This document shows, piece by piece, positions 18,035-27,851 of a DNA stretch of 64,000 nucleotides; the stretch's first letter is position 1; every line of letters begins with the position of its first letter. This DNA is from Gammaproteobacteria bacterium. Lineage in GTDB: Bacteria > Pseudomonadota > Gammaproteobacteria > VBWC01. The position numbers and the translations under genes were made by a program. The stretch lies in assembly GCA_006218035.1 (NCBI GenBank), contig VBWC01000010.1, positions 75,572-139,571 on the forward strand, given 5' to 3'. Below the pieces are notes generated by a model. The model did not search any database and was not told the DNA's origin. It saw nothing but the letters and a program-made list of their open reading frames with translations.

Positions 18035-19780
18035 ATGGAAAAGGCACCGTTACCAAACCGACCGAAGCATCGCCCTGTCCGGCACCCGCGCTGGCGGCGT
18101 TACCTGCCGAATCCATGGGTGGCCGGAACCGTCGCGATCGCGACCTTGATCGCATTGCCGGTCATTACCGTTACAAGTTTCATCTTCGTTCCCGCCGGCG
18201 AGGTCTGGGATCATCTCGTTGCCACCGTCCTGCAGGACTACATCGTCAACTCCCTGATATTAATGGTGGGTGTCGCGGCCGGCACGCTGATCATCGGCGT
18301 CAGCACCGCCTGGCTGACGACCATGTGCAGCTTTCCCGGCCGCCGCATTTTCGAGTGGGCACTATTGCTGCCGATGGCATTCCCGGCCTACATCATCGCC
18401 TACACCTATACCGGCCTGCTGGATTTTGCCGGACCGGTGCAGACCGCCTTGCGTGAGTGGTTTGCCTGGTCGTACGGCGATTACTGGTTTCCCGAGCTCC
18501 GCTCGATCGGCGGCGCCATCGTCATGTTGTCACTGGTGCTGTATCCGTACGTATACCTGTTGTCGCGCGCGGCGTTTCTCGAGCAGTCGTCGCACGCGAT
18601 GGACGCGAGCCGCATGCTCGGCTGCGGCCCGTGGCGCAGTTTCCTGCTGATATCGTTGCCCTCGGCGCGTCCTGCGATCATCGCCGGTCTGTCACTCGCG
18701 CTGATGGAAACCCTGGCCGATTACGGCACCGTCCAGTATTTCGGTGTCAGTAATTTCACGACAGGGATATTCCGCACCTGGTTCGGCCTCGGCGACGCTG
18801 CCGCCGCCGCGCAGTTGTCCGCACTGTTGATGACGTTCGTGTTCGCGCTGATCGTGATCGAACGCTGGTCACGCAGCCGGGCACGCTATCACATGACCGG
18901 CCAGCGCTCGACACCGTTGCCAACATACCGGTTGCGTATCGGCAAGACCTGTCTGGCGTGGCTCGCGTGCGGCCTGCCTTTGACGCTCGGTTTTTTGTTA
19001 CCCGGCGGCCTGCTGGTCAGTTGGTCCATGGCGACGGCGGCATATGTGGTGGATGACCGGTTCTGGCAACTCGTGTTCAACAGTGTCACGCTCGCTGGTT
19101 CCGCGGCGCTGTTCGCGTTGTTGCTGGCGCTATACATGGCCTACAGCAAACGCCTTACCGGCGGCATGGGAACCAACTCGGCGGTACGACTGGCCGCCAT
19201 GGGTTATGCGATACCGGGGACCGTGATCGCGGTCGGCGTGATGCTGCCGTTCGGCTGGTTTGATAACACGATTGATGCATGGGCACGCGAGACCTTCGGC
19301 GTTTCCACCGGGCTGCTGCTCAGCGGTACATTGTTCGCCGTTATGTTTGCCTACATGGTGCGGTTTCTCGCCGTCTCGCTGCAGACCGTTGAGGCCGGAC
19401 TCGGCAAGATCCGGCCATCGATGGATGAAACAGCACGCTCGCTCGGGCATCGCCCGCTCGAGGTACTGGGCAGGATACATCTGCCGCTGATGCGGGGCAG
19501 CGTGTTGACCGCGATATTACTGGTGTTCGTTGACGTCATGAAAGAGCTGCCGGCGACCTTGATCTTGCGGCCGTTCAACTTCAACACGCTGGCGGTGCGC
19601 GCCTACGAACTGGCGACAGACGAACGGCTGATGGATGCGTCCTCCGCCGCGGTCGCCATCGTGGCAGCGGGCATACTACCGGTGATCCTGCTGAGCCGTT
19701 CGATTACACGTTCCCGATCTGCGCTGCAGGGCAGAACAGCGATCACGGAAACTGCCAGGATGGCGGCCCAGCCGGCATAG
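18035..19780 (+). CDS. Fe(III) ABC transporter permease (FbpB/FutB)
   Basis: Duplicated permease halves, LYPYVYLL, METLADYG and MKELPATL motifs. Confidence 0.92.
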   Translation: MEKAPLPNRPKHRPVRHPRWRRYLPNPWVAGTVAIATLIALPVITVTSFIFVPAGEVWDHLVATVLQDYIVNSLILMVGVAAGTLIIGVSTAWLTTMCSFPGRRIFEWALLLPMAFPAYIIAYTYTGLLDFAGPVQTALREWFAWSYGDYWFPELRSIGGAIVMLSLVLYPYVYLLSRAAFLEQSSHAMDASRMLGCGPWRSFLLISLPSARPAIIAGLSLALMETLADYGTVQYFGVSNFTTGIFRTWFGLGDAAAAAQLSALLMTFVFALIVIERWSRSRARYHMTGQRSTPLPTYRLRIGKTCLAWLACGLPLTLGFLLPGGLLVSWSMATAAYVVDDRFWQLVFNSVTLAGSAALFALLLALYMAYSKRLTGGMGTNSAVRLAAMGYAIPGTVIAVGVMLPFGWFDNTIDAWARETFGVSTGLLLSGTLFAVMFAYMVRFLAVSLQTVEAGLGKIRPSMDETARSLGHRPLEVLGRIHLPLMRGSVLTAILLVFVDVMKELPATLILRPFNFNTLAVRAYELATDERLMDASSAAVAIVAAGILPVILLSRSITRSRSALQGRTAITETARMAAQPA

Positions 19781-19792
19781 ACAGGTGTCAAT

Positions 19793-20863
19793 ATGGATGC
19801 TGAATATATTAAAGTGACGCTAATGCCTCTGCTGCAAGTCAACGTCGTCGAGATCCGTTACAAGAATACGGTGGTCACCTCTGACCTCTCGTTTCATGTT
19901 AACGAAGGCGAGATTGTCAGCCTGCTCGGGCCGAGCGGCTGCGGCAAGACCAGCATACTGCGCGCGATCGCGGGGTTTGAGCCTGTCCGCGAGGGCGAAA
20001 TTTTTCTTGCCGATCAATTAATGTCCTATCCGGGCTACGTCGTTCCGCCGGAGCAACGCCGCCTCGGCATGGTGTTCCAGGACTACTCGCTGTTTCCGCA
20101 CATGACGATACAGAAAAACATCTGCTTCGGCTTGCGCGGTCTGAGCAACCGCGCACAAATTCGCGTCACCGACGAAATGTTGACCATGGTCGGATTGCCT
20201 GGCTACAACAAGCGCTATCCGCACGAACTTTCCGGCGGGCAGCAGCAACGTGTCGCGCTCGCGCGCGCTCTCGCCGTGAAACCGCGCCTGCTGCTGATGG
20301 ACGAACCGTTCTCAAGCCTGGATGTCGAACTGCGCGCACGCCTGAGCTTCGAGGTCCGGGAAATACTCAAGGAGCAAAAGATCACCGCGATTCTCGTGAC
20401 GCATAATCAGCTTGAGGCGTTTGCGATGTGTGACATGGTCGGCGTGATGAACCACGGACGTATCTTGCAGTGGGACACGCCGTTCAATCTGTATCACGAG
20501 CCGGCCGACCGCTTTGTCGCCACCTTTATCGGCCAGGGCGTATTCCTGCAGGGCACTGTACTGACGCCGGATTCCGTGGACACCGAAGCAGGAGTTATCC
20601 AGGGCGACGCGCCACTGGAGTGGCCCGCCGGTACATCGGTCGATGTCCTGGTACGACCGGATGACGTGGTACCCGACGAGCACGGACCGCTGCACGGCAA
20701 GATCGTCAACAAGGTCTTCAAGGGCGAGGACGTGATGTATACGCTGCAATTGCCGAACGGCGCCAGCGTAATGTCCGTATTTCCGAGCCACGAACAATAT
20801 GACATCGGCGCCATGATCAATGTGCGCATCGCGGCGGATCACGTCGTCGCATTCGCCCGCTAA
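19793..20863 (+). CDS. Fe(III) ABC transporter ATPase (FbpC/FutC)
   Basis: GPSGCGKT Walker A, LSGGQQQR signature, LLMDEP Walker B and C-terminal TOBE-like domain. Confidence 0.92.
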   Translation: MDAEYIKVTLMPLLQVNVVEIRYKNTVVTSDLSFHVNEGEIVSLLGPSGCGKTSILRAIAGFEPVREGEIFLADQLMSYPGYVVPPEQRRLGMVFQDYSLFPHMTIQKNICFGLRGLSNRAQIRVTDEMLTMVGLPGYNKRYPHELSGGQQQRVALARALAVKPRLLLMDEPFSSLDVELRARLSFEVREILKEQKITAILVTHNQLEAFAMCDMVGVMNHGRILQWDTPFNLYHEPADRFVATFIGQGVFLQGTVLTPDSVDTEAGVIQGDAPLEWPAGTSVDVLVRPDDVVPDEHGPLHGKIVNKVFKGEDVMYTLQLPNGASVMSVFPSHEQYDIGAMINVRIAADHVVAFAR

Positions 20864-20892
20864 CACGCCGGGCGGGGTCCGCGCCCGGCGTG
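20864..20892. terminator. GC-rich hairpin between convergent genes (probable terminator)
   Basis: CACGCCGGGCG-N7-CGCCCGGCGTG perfect 11-bp stem, with no long U tract. Confidence 0.5.
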
Positions 20893-20905
20893 CCGCTGGA
20901 TTCAT

Positions 20906-22078
20906 TCAGCGCAGGTAACCGTGCTCCAGATTCAGGATTGAATTGCGCTCGCCGATGTTGTTGTTGAACGTCGTCTCCAGACTGAACGCAATGCCCAGCT
21001 GGATAACGTTATCTTCCCCGCCACCGTATAACGCGCCGTCATAACCGGTATGGATATACTGCGCGATCAGATCGGTGCCCTGCCCGATCCGGCATACGAC
21101 CGCCGGCGCGATACTCCACTGGGCGGCATCGGTGATATCGGAATACTCCTTCCGCGCCACCGTCATGGACGCCTGCCAGCGCGTCAGCAGATTCGGCCGC
21201 AACGTATGCCGCACCGACGCCACCAACGCCGTTGACCGCGCGCGCGCCTGATTGGCCATCGCGTTGACGGTGCTGTTGATATCCGTCGCCGTCATGCCGT
21301 CAATACCGGCGTTGTGAATCGCCTGAAATGCTGCCGACCAGTTGGACGCCGGATTCATATTGAGATTGAACTCGACGCCGGCGATCAACGCGTTCATCCA
21401 CTCGTCACCCGCGGTCGTCGCTACCTTCTGTCGGTCCAGCAGGACGCCGGCTTTCGTCAGACGCATCACCAGACGACGGTGTTCCGCCTGCTCATGGACA
21501 AAACCCAATCCAACACTGTCAAATCCATCCGGCGCCGCAAGCCCTGCGCTATTGCCGCGTGTTCCCGCCCAGACAGACGCGCTCTGAATACCGCCGCCGG
21601 GAAACCATTTCGCTGTAAACATCGGCGCGTGCAGCTGATCGAACTCCGCGTTCGACGAGGCATTGCCAACGTGGGTCACCGCCAGCAGGTCTTCGTCACG
21701 TATGGTCGGAAATGTGATCAGGGAATTGCGCAGATCCATGCGGCCGATACTGATCTCATAGCCCTCATCCCAGAGGAACGCATAGACGCGGTGAAACTCC
21801 ACGGTGTGCTCGTTGTCCTCGAACCCGAGCACCGCTCCCGCCACGCCGGACGTATACAGCCGCTTGTCAAAGCGTAATAAAAGCGAAGAATCGTCGATAT
21901 CGATCTCGTCCGCGCGGGCGGGCTTCGAATCGAGATCGACGTTGTCGAGCGTGCTGATCACGCGGCCCGCGACCGTGATACGCGGCATCACTTCGCGGTC
22001 CACTTCCAGCGCCTGCGCCTGCTGAAAAAACAACGCAGCGAGCAGCCCGGCCAACGTGATCGTGGTAACAATATTCAT
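20906..22078 (-). CDS. Putative outer-membrane beta-barrel/porin-like protein
   Basis: Signal peptide (AQA-L) and alternating amphipathic strand pattern. AGGAG RBS before ATG 22078, directly after the MCO gene. Confidence 0.6.
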   Translation of the reverse strand: MNIVTTITLAGLLAALFFQQAQALEVDREVMPRITVAGRVISTLDNVDLDSKPARADEIDIDDSSLLLRFDKRLYTSGVAGAVLGFEDNEHTVEFHRVYAFLWDEGYEISIGRMDLRNSLITFPTIRDEDLLAVTHVGNASSNAEFDQLHAPMFTAKWFPGGGIQSASVWAGTRGNSAGLAAPDGFDSVGLGFVHEQAEHRRLVMRLTKAGVLLDRQKVATTAGDEWMNALIAGVEFNLNMNPASNWSAAFQAIHNAGIDGMTATDINSTVNAMANQARARSTALVASVRHTLRPNLLTRWQASMTVARKEYSDITDAAQWSIAPAVVCRIGQGTDLIAQYIHTGYDGALYGGGEDNVIQLGIAFSLETTFNNNIGERNSILNLEHGYLR

Positions 22079-22091
22079 GGCTGCGCTCCTG

Positions 22092-23459
22092 TCACTGATC
22101 GACCGATACGGCCGGACGGTAGGTCGGTTCAAAGTCCTCATAGGCCAGCATCGTCACCATACCCCCCGGATAGATCCCGTTGTTTCTGGCGTGCGACCCC
22201 TGGTGGTCGTGAAACGCCCAGTACCCGGGATTGTCACCATGAATCATGATGTCGTAGGTACCACCCGGCTCGACATGCACCGTGTTGAGTTTCAGCGGCA
22301 TCGGCAGATCATGCCCGTCCTGCGCGACCCAGAAAAAATCGTGGCCGTGCAGATGCAGGTGATAACTTTCACCGCTGGCATTGATCAGGCGCACGCGTAT
22401 CCATTCGTCTTTCTTGATGCGGAGCGCACTGGTCGCCGGATGCGCCTTGCCGTTAATACCGAAGAAATTGGGCCTGATCGGAATGCCGGATGAGCGGCTC
22501 TCCAGGTACGGCGGTACGTACTTGCCGCTTTTGTAGGCAGCGACAAATTCCTCGTAGCTGCGAAAGAAACCGTGCGTCATCGGGTCCAGGCGCCCCTGCG
22601 CCATCAGCGTGTTGACCTGCTTCATACCCTCGAGCAGACCGTTCATCTCCTCGCGCGCGAAGTGGGTGTCCCATGCCTCGAGCATCAGCGTGTATTCGCG
22701 CGTGTAGGGATACTGCTCCTTCAGGCGCTCATGTTTACGCTGGATGATGAATGCGCCGTGCATGCCGTGACCCATGTGCAACGGCGTACCCCAGTGACAG
22801 TGGTACCAGTGCGTACCGGCCGGTTTCGCCTGGAAACGATAGACAAAGGTATGGCCGGGATGGACCGGATCCTGATTGAGCATCGGCACACCGTCCATCG
22901 TGTACGGGACGTTGACGCCATGCCAATGTATCGTGTGCATCTCTTCGGTGTTGTTCAGGAAATTCACCTTGATCCAGTCACCCTCGGTGACGTTGAATAC
23001 CGGGCCCGGCACGCTACCGTTGAAGGCAAACATATGCACTTTCACACCCGGCAGGATTTCGTGCTCGATGATGCGCACATCGATATCGAACACCTGATAG
23101 TCGACTTCATGATCGGCCGGCGACCCGGGCGGCTCGATGACCATGCCGGTCGGCATGTGATGTCCCTCCATGAATATCATCGAGCCATACTCCGACGCAC
23201 CGTTCCCCATGGAGGCATGGTCCATCATCGGGGGCCCGTCCGGCAGCGACGGCGCCGCCGGCATCGCGCCCTGACCGGCAGCAGGATTCATCTCGTGACC
23301 GCCGTGAGTCATCTCGCCCGCCACCGCCCGGCCGGCCACCACACCGCCGGCAAGTAACGCCGTGGTGCGCAAAAACTGCCGTCGTGATATCGACCCGGCT
23401 GGCTCGTCGGTCACCTCGGTAACCGTCGCCCTGCCCATCCTCGCAGACCCGTTATTCAT
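22092..23459 (-). CDS. TAT-exported two-domain multicopper oxidase (type C-like)
   Basis: SRRQFL TAT motif. Domain 1 has HTIHWHG and HCH-x5-H-x4-M; domain 2 has HLHLHGH and HDH. Confidence 0.88.
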   Translation of the reverse strand: MNNGSARMGRATVTEVTDEPAGSISRRQFLRTTALLAGGVVAGRAVAGEMTHGGHEMNPAAGQGAMPAAPSLPDGPPMMDHASMGNGASEYGSMIFMEGHHMPTGMVIEPPGSPADHEVDYQVFDIDVRIIEHEILPGVKVHMFAFNGSVPGPVFNVTEGDWIKVNFLNNTEEMHTIHWHGVNVPYTMDGVPMLNQDPVHPGHTFVYRFQAKPAGTHWYHCHWGTPLHMGHGMHGAFIIQRKHERLKEQYPYTREYTLMLEAWDTHFAREEMNGLLEGMKQVNTLMAQGRLDPMTHGFFRSYEEFVAAYKSGKYVPPYLESRSSGIPIRPNFFGINGKAHPATSALRIKKDEWIRVRLINASGESYHLHLHGHDFFWVAQDGHDLPMPLKLNTVHVEPGGTYDIMIHGDNPGYWAFHDHQGSHARNNGIYPGGMVTMLAYEDFEPTYRPAVSVDQ

Positions 23460-23476
23460 TCACACAGCCCTCCAGG

Positions 23477-24190
23477 TTAAATCCAATCCAGCCGATCGGG
23501 CGCTTGCTTGCGCCAGGTAAAATGCTCATAAACACCGGACCAGTACATGCCAAATGCCGTCGCAAAAAGCAGTTCCTCCACCGGCATGAACCCCGCTTTC
23601 CACCCGGACAGCGCGGCAAGATTCCAGACGCGATCGATATAGCCCGGCGCACTCCACTCCAGGCCGGCGAGAAACACCGCGTAACCAACGAGAAACAATA
23701 TGCCGCCGATCCATGTCTTCCGCGCGAGATCCGGACGACACAGGACGTTGGCAACCAAGCCAATGATCATCGCAACAATTCCCGGGTAAATCGGGTTCCA
23801 CGGAAAGAAATATAAAAGCGGAAACGCAATGAACGGCGCCGACAGCGCCTTGTAATGATGGCGATGCAACGGTATACGGCGCTCCGCCGCCTCAACCGGT
23901 CTCGGCACCCTGCCGGTAATCAGATTATAGAAAACCCCCGCAATGCCGCCGATACCAAAACAGAAGATCAGGCTTTCGATATCAAAGCCCGTATTCACGG
24001 CGAGATCAAACAAACTCGGCGGCGACCAGTACTCCGGAACAAACAACGGTTCGGTCAAGCCGAACGGCATGGTAAACAGACTGGCCCACAACATCGCCCG
24101 GCGATGCGCCGGGAAAAATGCGTATACCGCCGCCCACGGTACGAGAAACGCACTCGACCAGATCAGCCACACGTATTGATCAGACGCCAC
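23477..24190 (-). CDS. Multi-pass membrane protein (lycopene-cyclase-domain-like family)
   Basis: About 7 TM helices; PEYWSP and MPVEELLF motifs resemble membrane lycopene cyclase domain proteins. Confidence 0.6.
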   Translation of the reverse strand: MASDQYVWLIWSSAFLVPWAAVYAFFPAHRRAMLWASLFTMPFGLTEPLFVPEYWSPPSLFDLAVNTGFDIESLIFCFGIGGIAGVFYNLITGRVPRPVEAAERRIPLHRHHYKALSAPFIAFPLLYFFPWNPIYPGIVAMIIGLVANVLCRPDLARKTWIGGILFLVGYAVFLAGLEWSAPGYIDRVWNLAALSGWKAGFMPVEELLFATAFGMYWSGVYEHFTWRKQAPDRLDWI

Positions 24191-24263
24191 CAGGCTTTTC
24201 CATCATGACCGCTATTGGGAAGTTGCGCGGGCTGTTGTGGTGGACCAGATTTTCCGGCGATGT

Positions 24264-25961
24264 CTAGCGCACATAGGTCTCCGACGCATAACGACGCATC
24301 ATGCGATGACTGTTGAAGAACGAGGCGCTCTTGGCGATCGTGCCTTTCATGACGGCGATCCATCCGGCGCGGTCCTGGTAGTAGAGCGGTACCACCACCT
24401 GCTCGAGTTTCTGATACAGCGCGGCAGCGTCGCCGTCGGCCGCATCGATGTCATCGCCGATCGCCCAGCCGGTAACGCCCTCGATACAGCCCTCGACCCA
24501 CCAGCCATCCAGCACACTGAGCTGCGGCACGCCGTTGAACGCGGCCTTCATGCCGCTGGTGCCGCTCGCCTCATGGGGACGCAACGGTGTATTCAGCCAG
24601 ACATCGACACCGGCCACCATCGTCAGCGCGGTATCCATGTCATAGCCGGGTAGATAGGCCATCGTGACCACGCCGGCGAGTTCCTTGACATGCGCGTGCA
24701 ACGTTTCGATCAGACGCTTGCCCGGCTCATCGCGCGGATGCGCCTTGCCGGCTACCACCAGCTGAATCGGATGACGCGCGGCGAGATTCTTCAGGCGCCC
24801 AAGATCCGAGAACAACAGATCGGGCCGCTTGTACGCCGTCATGCGCCGGCCGAAACCGATCGTCAAATGGTCTGGCTGTAACATGATGCCGGTACGTTCT
24901 TTTACGGCGTCGACAAGCGCGCGCTTGGCTTCAACATGCGCCTCCCAGATGGCGGTATCCGCCATGCAGCAGTCGGCGCGCACCAACAGCTCGGGCTCAT
25001 GACACCAACCGGGAAACTTGGCGTCGTAGAGCCGGCGAAAACTCGCACTGGTCCAGGTAAACGGGTGCACGCCGTTGGTCACCGCGTGGACACGGTAACC
25101 CGGAAACATGTGCCGCGAGACCTCGGCATGGCGCTTGGCAACACCGTTGATGTATTCGCTCAGATTGAGCGCCAGCCTGGTCATGTTGAGATGATCGTCG
25201 CCCGCCAGGCGTTTGAGCGTTGTGAGATCGATAACATCGCCAAGCGTGCGCTGCACCAGGTCGTAGGAAAAACGGTCGTGCCCGGCCTCCACCGGGGTAT
25301 GAGTCGTGAAACAACACAGCTCGCGCACGCGCGGAATGTCGTACGGCGATTCACCCGGCCGGAGATCCTCGGCCGGGCGGGCATACCGGCGCAGCAACTC
25401 GACGCCAAGCAACGCCGAGTGCCCCTCATTCATGTGATACTCGCGCACCTCAAAGCCAAGCGCCTGGAGCATGCGCACACCACCGATGCCCAGCACGATC
25501 TCCTGCCGCAGCCGGTAGGCATTGTCACCGCCGTAAAGCGTTTGCGTGATGCGCCGGTCTTCGTCGCTGTTCTGCTCGATATCGGTATCCAGCAGAATCA
25601 CCGGCTGCGCGCCGCCCATGTGACCCTTCACGACATAGCACCAGCCGCCAACCCACACGCCGCGGCCTTCGATCGTCACCGCCACCATGGCTTCCAGACG
25701 CTCGGCCCAGAGTGCGGGCTCCCAGGCTGACGGTTGTTCGGTCTGCCGGCCCTGGTCATCGAGCGTCTGGCGGAAATAGCCGGCGGTACTCACCAGCGTC
25801 ACCGCCACCAGCGGCACCTCCAGATCGGCCGCGGAACGCAGGGTGTCCCCGGCGAGAACACCCAGCCCCCCGGCATAGGTCGGGATATCGTTGCGCAGCG
25901 CTATCTCCATCGAGAAATAGGCGATGCGCGGCTCATGCCGGAAGGCATCGATCGCGGACAT
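24264..25961 (-). CDS. glgP: Alpha-glucan phosphorylase (short form)
   Basis: [28 protein letters not shown] and the [12 protein letters not shown]-lysine motif. Confidence 0.92.
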   Translation of the reverse strand: MSAIDAFRHEPRIAYFSMEIALRNDIPTYAGGLGVLAGDTLRSAADLEVPLVAVTLVSTAGYFRQTLDDQGRQTEQPSAWEPALWAERLEAMVAVTIEGRGVWVGGWCYVVKGHMGGAQPVILLDTDIEQNSDEDRRITQTLYGGDNAYRLRQEIVLGIGGVRMLQALGFEVREYHMNEGHSALLGVELLRRYARPAEDLRPGESPYDIPRVRELCCFTTHTPVEAGHDRFSYDLVQRTLGDVIDLTTLKRLAGDDHLNMTRLALNLSEYINGVAKRHAEVSRHMFPGYRVHAVTNGVHPFTWTSASFRRLYDAKFPGWCHEPELLVRADCCMADTAIWEAHVEAKRALVDAVKERTGIMLQPDHLTIGFGRRMTAYKRPDLLFSDLGRLKNLAARHPIQLVVAGKAHPRDEPGKRLIETLHAHVKELAGVVTMAYLPGYDMDTALTMVAGVDVWLNTPLRPHEASGTSGMKAAFNGVPQLSVLDGWWVEGCIEGVTGWAIGDDIDAADGDAAALYQKLEQVVVPLYYQDRAGWIAVMKGTIAKSASFFNSHRMMRRYASETYVR

Positions 25962-25970
25962 GCCGGTGTG

Positions 25971-26225
25971 CTACGGCGAGCCGAACAGGCGCATGTCGAT
26001 TTCCGCCTCCGCCTGCAGCCAGTCGTCCAGCGCCGCCTCCCCCTGGAAACCGCGCTGCTCCGCGATCAGATACGCCGCTTCGGCAATCAAACCGTGCCGC
26101 TCCTCCGGGGTGGTCGCCCGCGCCGCCTTGCGTCCCGCTGCCCGGCGCCCGGTGCCGGCCGTCTTGCTGCCGGGCGCTTCTTTCGCCACCGTTCTCGTTA
26201 CCGTTGATTTCTCGCTGTGTGCCAT
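25971..26225 (-). CDS. DUF2934-domain small protein
   Basis: IAEAAYLIAEQRGF...DWLQAEAEI. Confidence 0.8.
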   Translation of the reverse strand: MAHSEKSTVTRTVAKEAPGSKTAGTGRRAAGRKAARATTPEERHGLIAEAAYLIAEQRGFQGEAALDDWLQAEAEIDMRLFGSP

Positions 26226-26274
26226 TGACGCTTGTGTTTCACTCCCTTTTTCCTACACCCCGCGTTCAGCCTGC
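26163..26274. repeat. Direct repeat copy 1 (112 bp)
   Basis: Identical to 28933-29049 except for a 5-bp indel. Confidence 0.95.
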
Positions 26275-26505
26275 CAAATCCCGTTTTTTCTCCTCGTACT
26301 CCTCACGATCCAGGTCACCACGGGCGTAGCGTTCCTGGAGTATCTGCAAAGGCGTTTTGTCCGTCGCGGGCCGACCGACCGCACTATCGCCAAAAACCCA
26401 TTTCCACAACGCAAAACTCCCGAGTATTGCAAGTATCGAGAAAATCAGCAGGTGCAATATCCCGACTGCCATCAACCAGCCGTGTTGCCCGTCATCAAAC
26501 CACAT
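26266..26505 (-). CDS. SHOCT-domain small membrane protein
   Basis: TM helix followed by ILQERYARGDLDREEYEEKK. Confidence 0.85.
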   Translation of the reverse strand: MWFDDGQHGWLMAVGILHLLIFSILAILGSFALWKWVFGDSAVGRPATDKTPLQILQERYARGDLDREEYEEKKRDLAG

Positions 26506-26581
26506 AATTCCCTCCGTTGATCATCGTCGACAACGGCATCCACATGCTACATCAGCGTATGGCTGCCGGTTGCCGCCACGG

Positions 26582-27226
26582 TTATTCCCTTGCCGCCCCA
26601 AAGACCGGGATAAAGGCGGGAGTATGCGCCGCATAGCGCGCATACTCTGCGGCGAATGCCTGACGTACCTCTGCCTCCTCGCGTCGGGCAAGCCGCAAGT
26701 ACATGTAAACCAGCAGCGGAAACATCGCGAGTGTCAGGATCGTCGGCCATTGCAGCAGAAAGCCGAACATGATCATCACAAATGCGACGTATTGCGGATG
26801 GCGTATCCGCGCATAAGGGCCTGTCGTTGCCAGCGTGCCTGTAGTCTGCGCGGCGTAAAGCACACGCCACGCCAAAGAGAGCAACCAGAACCCGCCGCCG
26901 ATGAACACCATGCTGGCCACATGAAACGGCCCCCAGTGCGGATTGGCGCGCCAGCCGAACAGCATTTCCAGCAAATGCCCCGCATCATGGGAAAGCCAGT
27001 CCACTTGCGGATAGTTGGTCTGCAGCCAGCCGGAAAGAAAGTAGATGGTCAGCGGGAAACCATACATCTCAGTGAACAGCGCAACGAGAAACGCCGAGAA
27101 GGCGCTGAATGAACGCCAGTCACGTTTCGTCTGCGGCTTGGAAAAGCTGAAGGCAAAGAAGATGAAAATCGCCGAATTGAGGATCACCAGTGACCACAGG
27201 CCGTAGGCAGGCGCGGTTTCAGTCAT
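26582..27226 (-). CDS. Isoprenylcysteine carboxyl methyltransferase family membrane protein
   Basis: TGPYARIRHPQY and REE motifs; a family typical of copper islands. Start probably MTETAP (27226). Confidence 0.85.
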   Translation of the reverse strand: MTETAPAYGLWSLVILNSAIFIFFAFSFSKPQTKRDWRSFSAFSAFLVALFTEMYGFPLTIYFLSGWLQTNYPQVDWLSHDAGHLLEMLFGWRANPHWGPFHVASMVFIGGGFWLLSLAWRVLYAAQTTGTLATTGPYARIRHPQYVAFVMIMFGFLLQWPTILTLAMFPLLVYMYLRLARREEAEVRQAFAAEYARYAAHTPAFIPVFGAARE

Positions 27227-27434
27227 GTTTGTGCCCTCCACCATGGTCACGATGCATAAAGAGATGCATCAACGGACAAGCGAGCAGCAACAGATAAGGC
27301 AACACACCGAACGCATGGGCGCGATGCTCGCTGAAAAGGAAAAACGCGGCGATGGCGAAAAAGCCGATCAATATCCAGTTGACCCTGGTCTTGCCGCCGT
27401 GCGCCGGAGGATGTTCATGGGTATCAGGCATCAT
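27219..27434 (-). CDS. DUF2933 family small membrane protein
   Basis: EHRAH...LLLACPLMHLFMHxxHGG signature. Confidence 0.85.
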   Translation of the reverse strand: MMPDTHEHPPAHGGKTRVNWILIGFFAIAAFFLFSEHRAHAFGVLPYLLLLACPLMHLFMHRDHGGGHKHD

Positions 27435-27603
27435 GCCACCTCGACAATTAAATACGTTGAACTGGCTGCCATCAATGCAGGGCGGGTGAGTTGCATGCTG
27501 TTCGCAATGTAACCCGCCAACGGTGCCGCCAGGCACTCATTAAAAAACAATTTGTGTGCTTCGCACGCTGAGGTTCGTCATTATTCATAGCAGTATCAGT
27601 CCT

Positions 27604-27792
27604 TCAGTTTGCGGGCGTTTCATCGCCCTTTTTCACTTTTTCCTGTTGGGGGCACTGCCGACAGTTTTCTTCACCGACAGTGGGGGGTACCGATCCCTGT
27701 GTTTGCCCCGCCATACCATGCCCGCCCATCATGGGCAGATGGCCAGCGCCTAAAACTATTAACAGAATCATAATGCCTATCATGACTGCCAT
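27604..27792 (-). CDS. Small hypothetical membrane/exported peptide (Met/His/Gly, CxxC)
   Basis: Hydrophobic N-terminus, MMGGHGM, CRQC and a GAGG RBS. Confidence 0.4.
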   Translation of the reverse strand: MAVMIGIMILLIVLGAGHLPMMGGHGMAGQTQGSVPPTVGEENCRQCPQQEKVKKGDETPAN

Positions 27793-27851
27793 TTTTTAAG
27801 ACCTCATTTTTAGCAAACCCGCATCGCGGGCTTCATTCAGAACACATGTGC

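Noticed and set aside
22092..23459. Copper nitrite reductase (nirK)
   Set aside because: It has HCH/HDH and HxH motifs in both domains, which fits a trinuclear-cluster two-domain MCO rather than the NirK YHC pattern.
23477..24190. Carotenoid biosynthesis (lycopene cyclase) function
   Set aside because: No crt genes nearby. The family resemblance alone does not support this activity.
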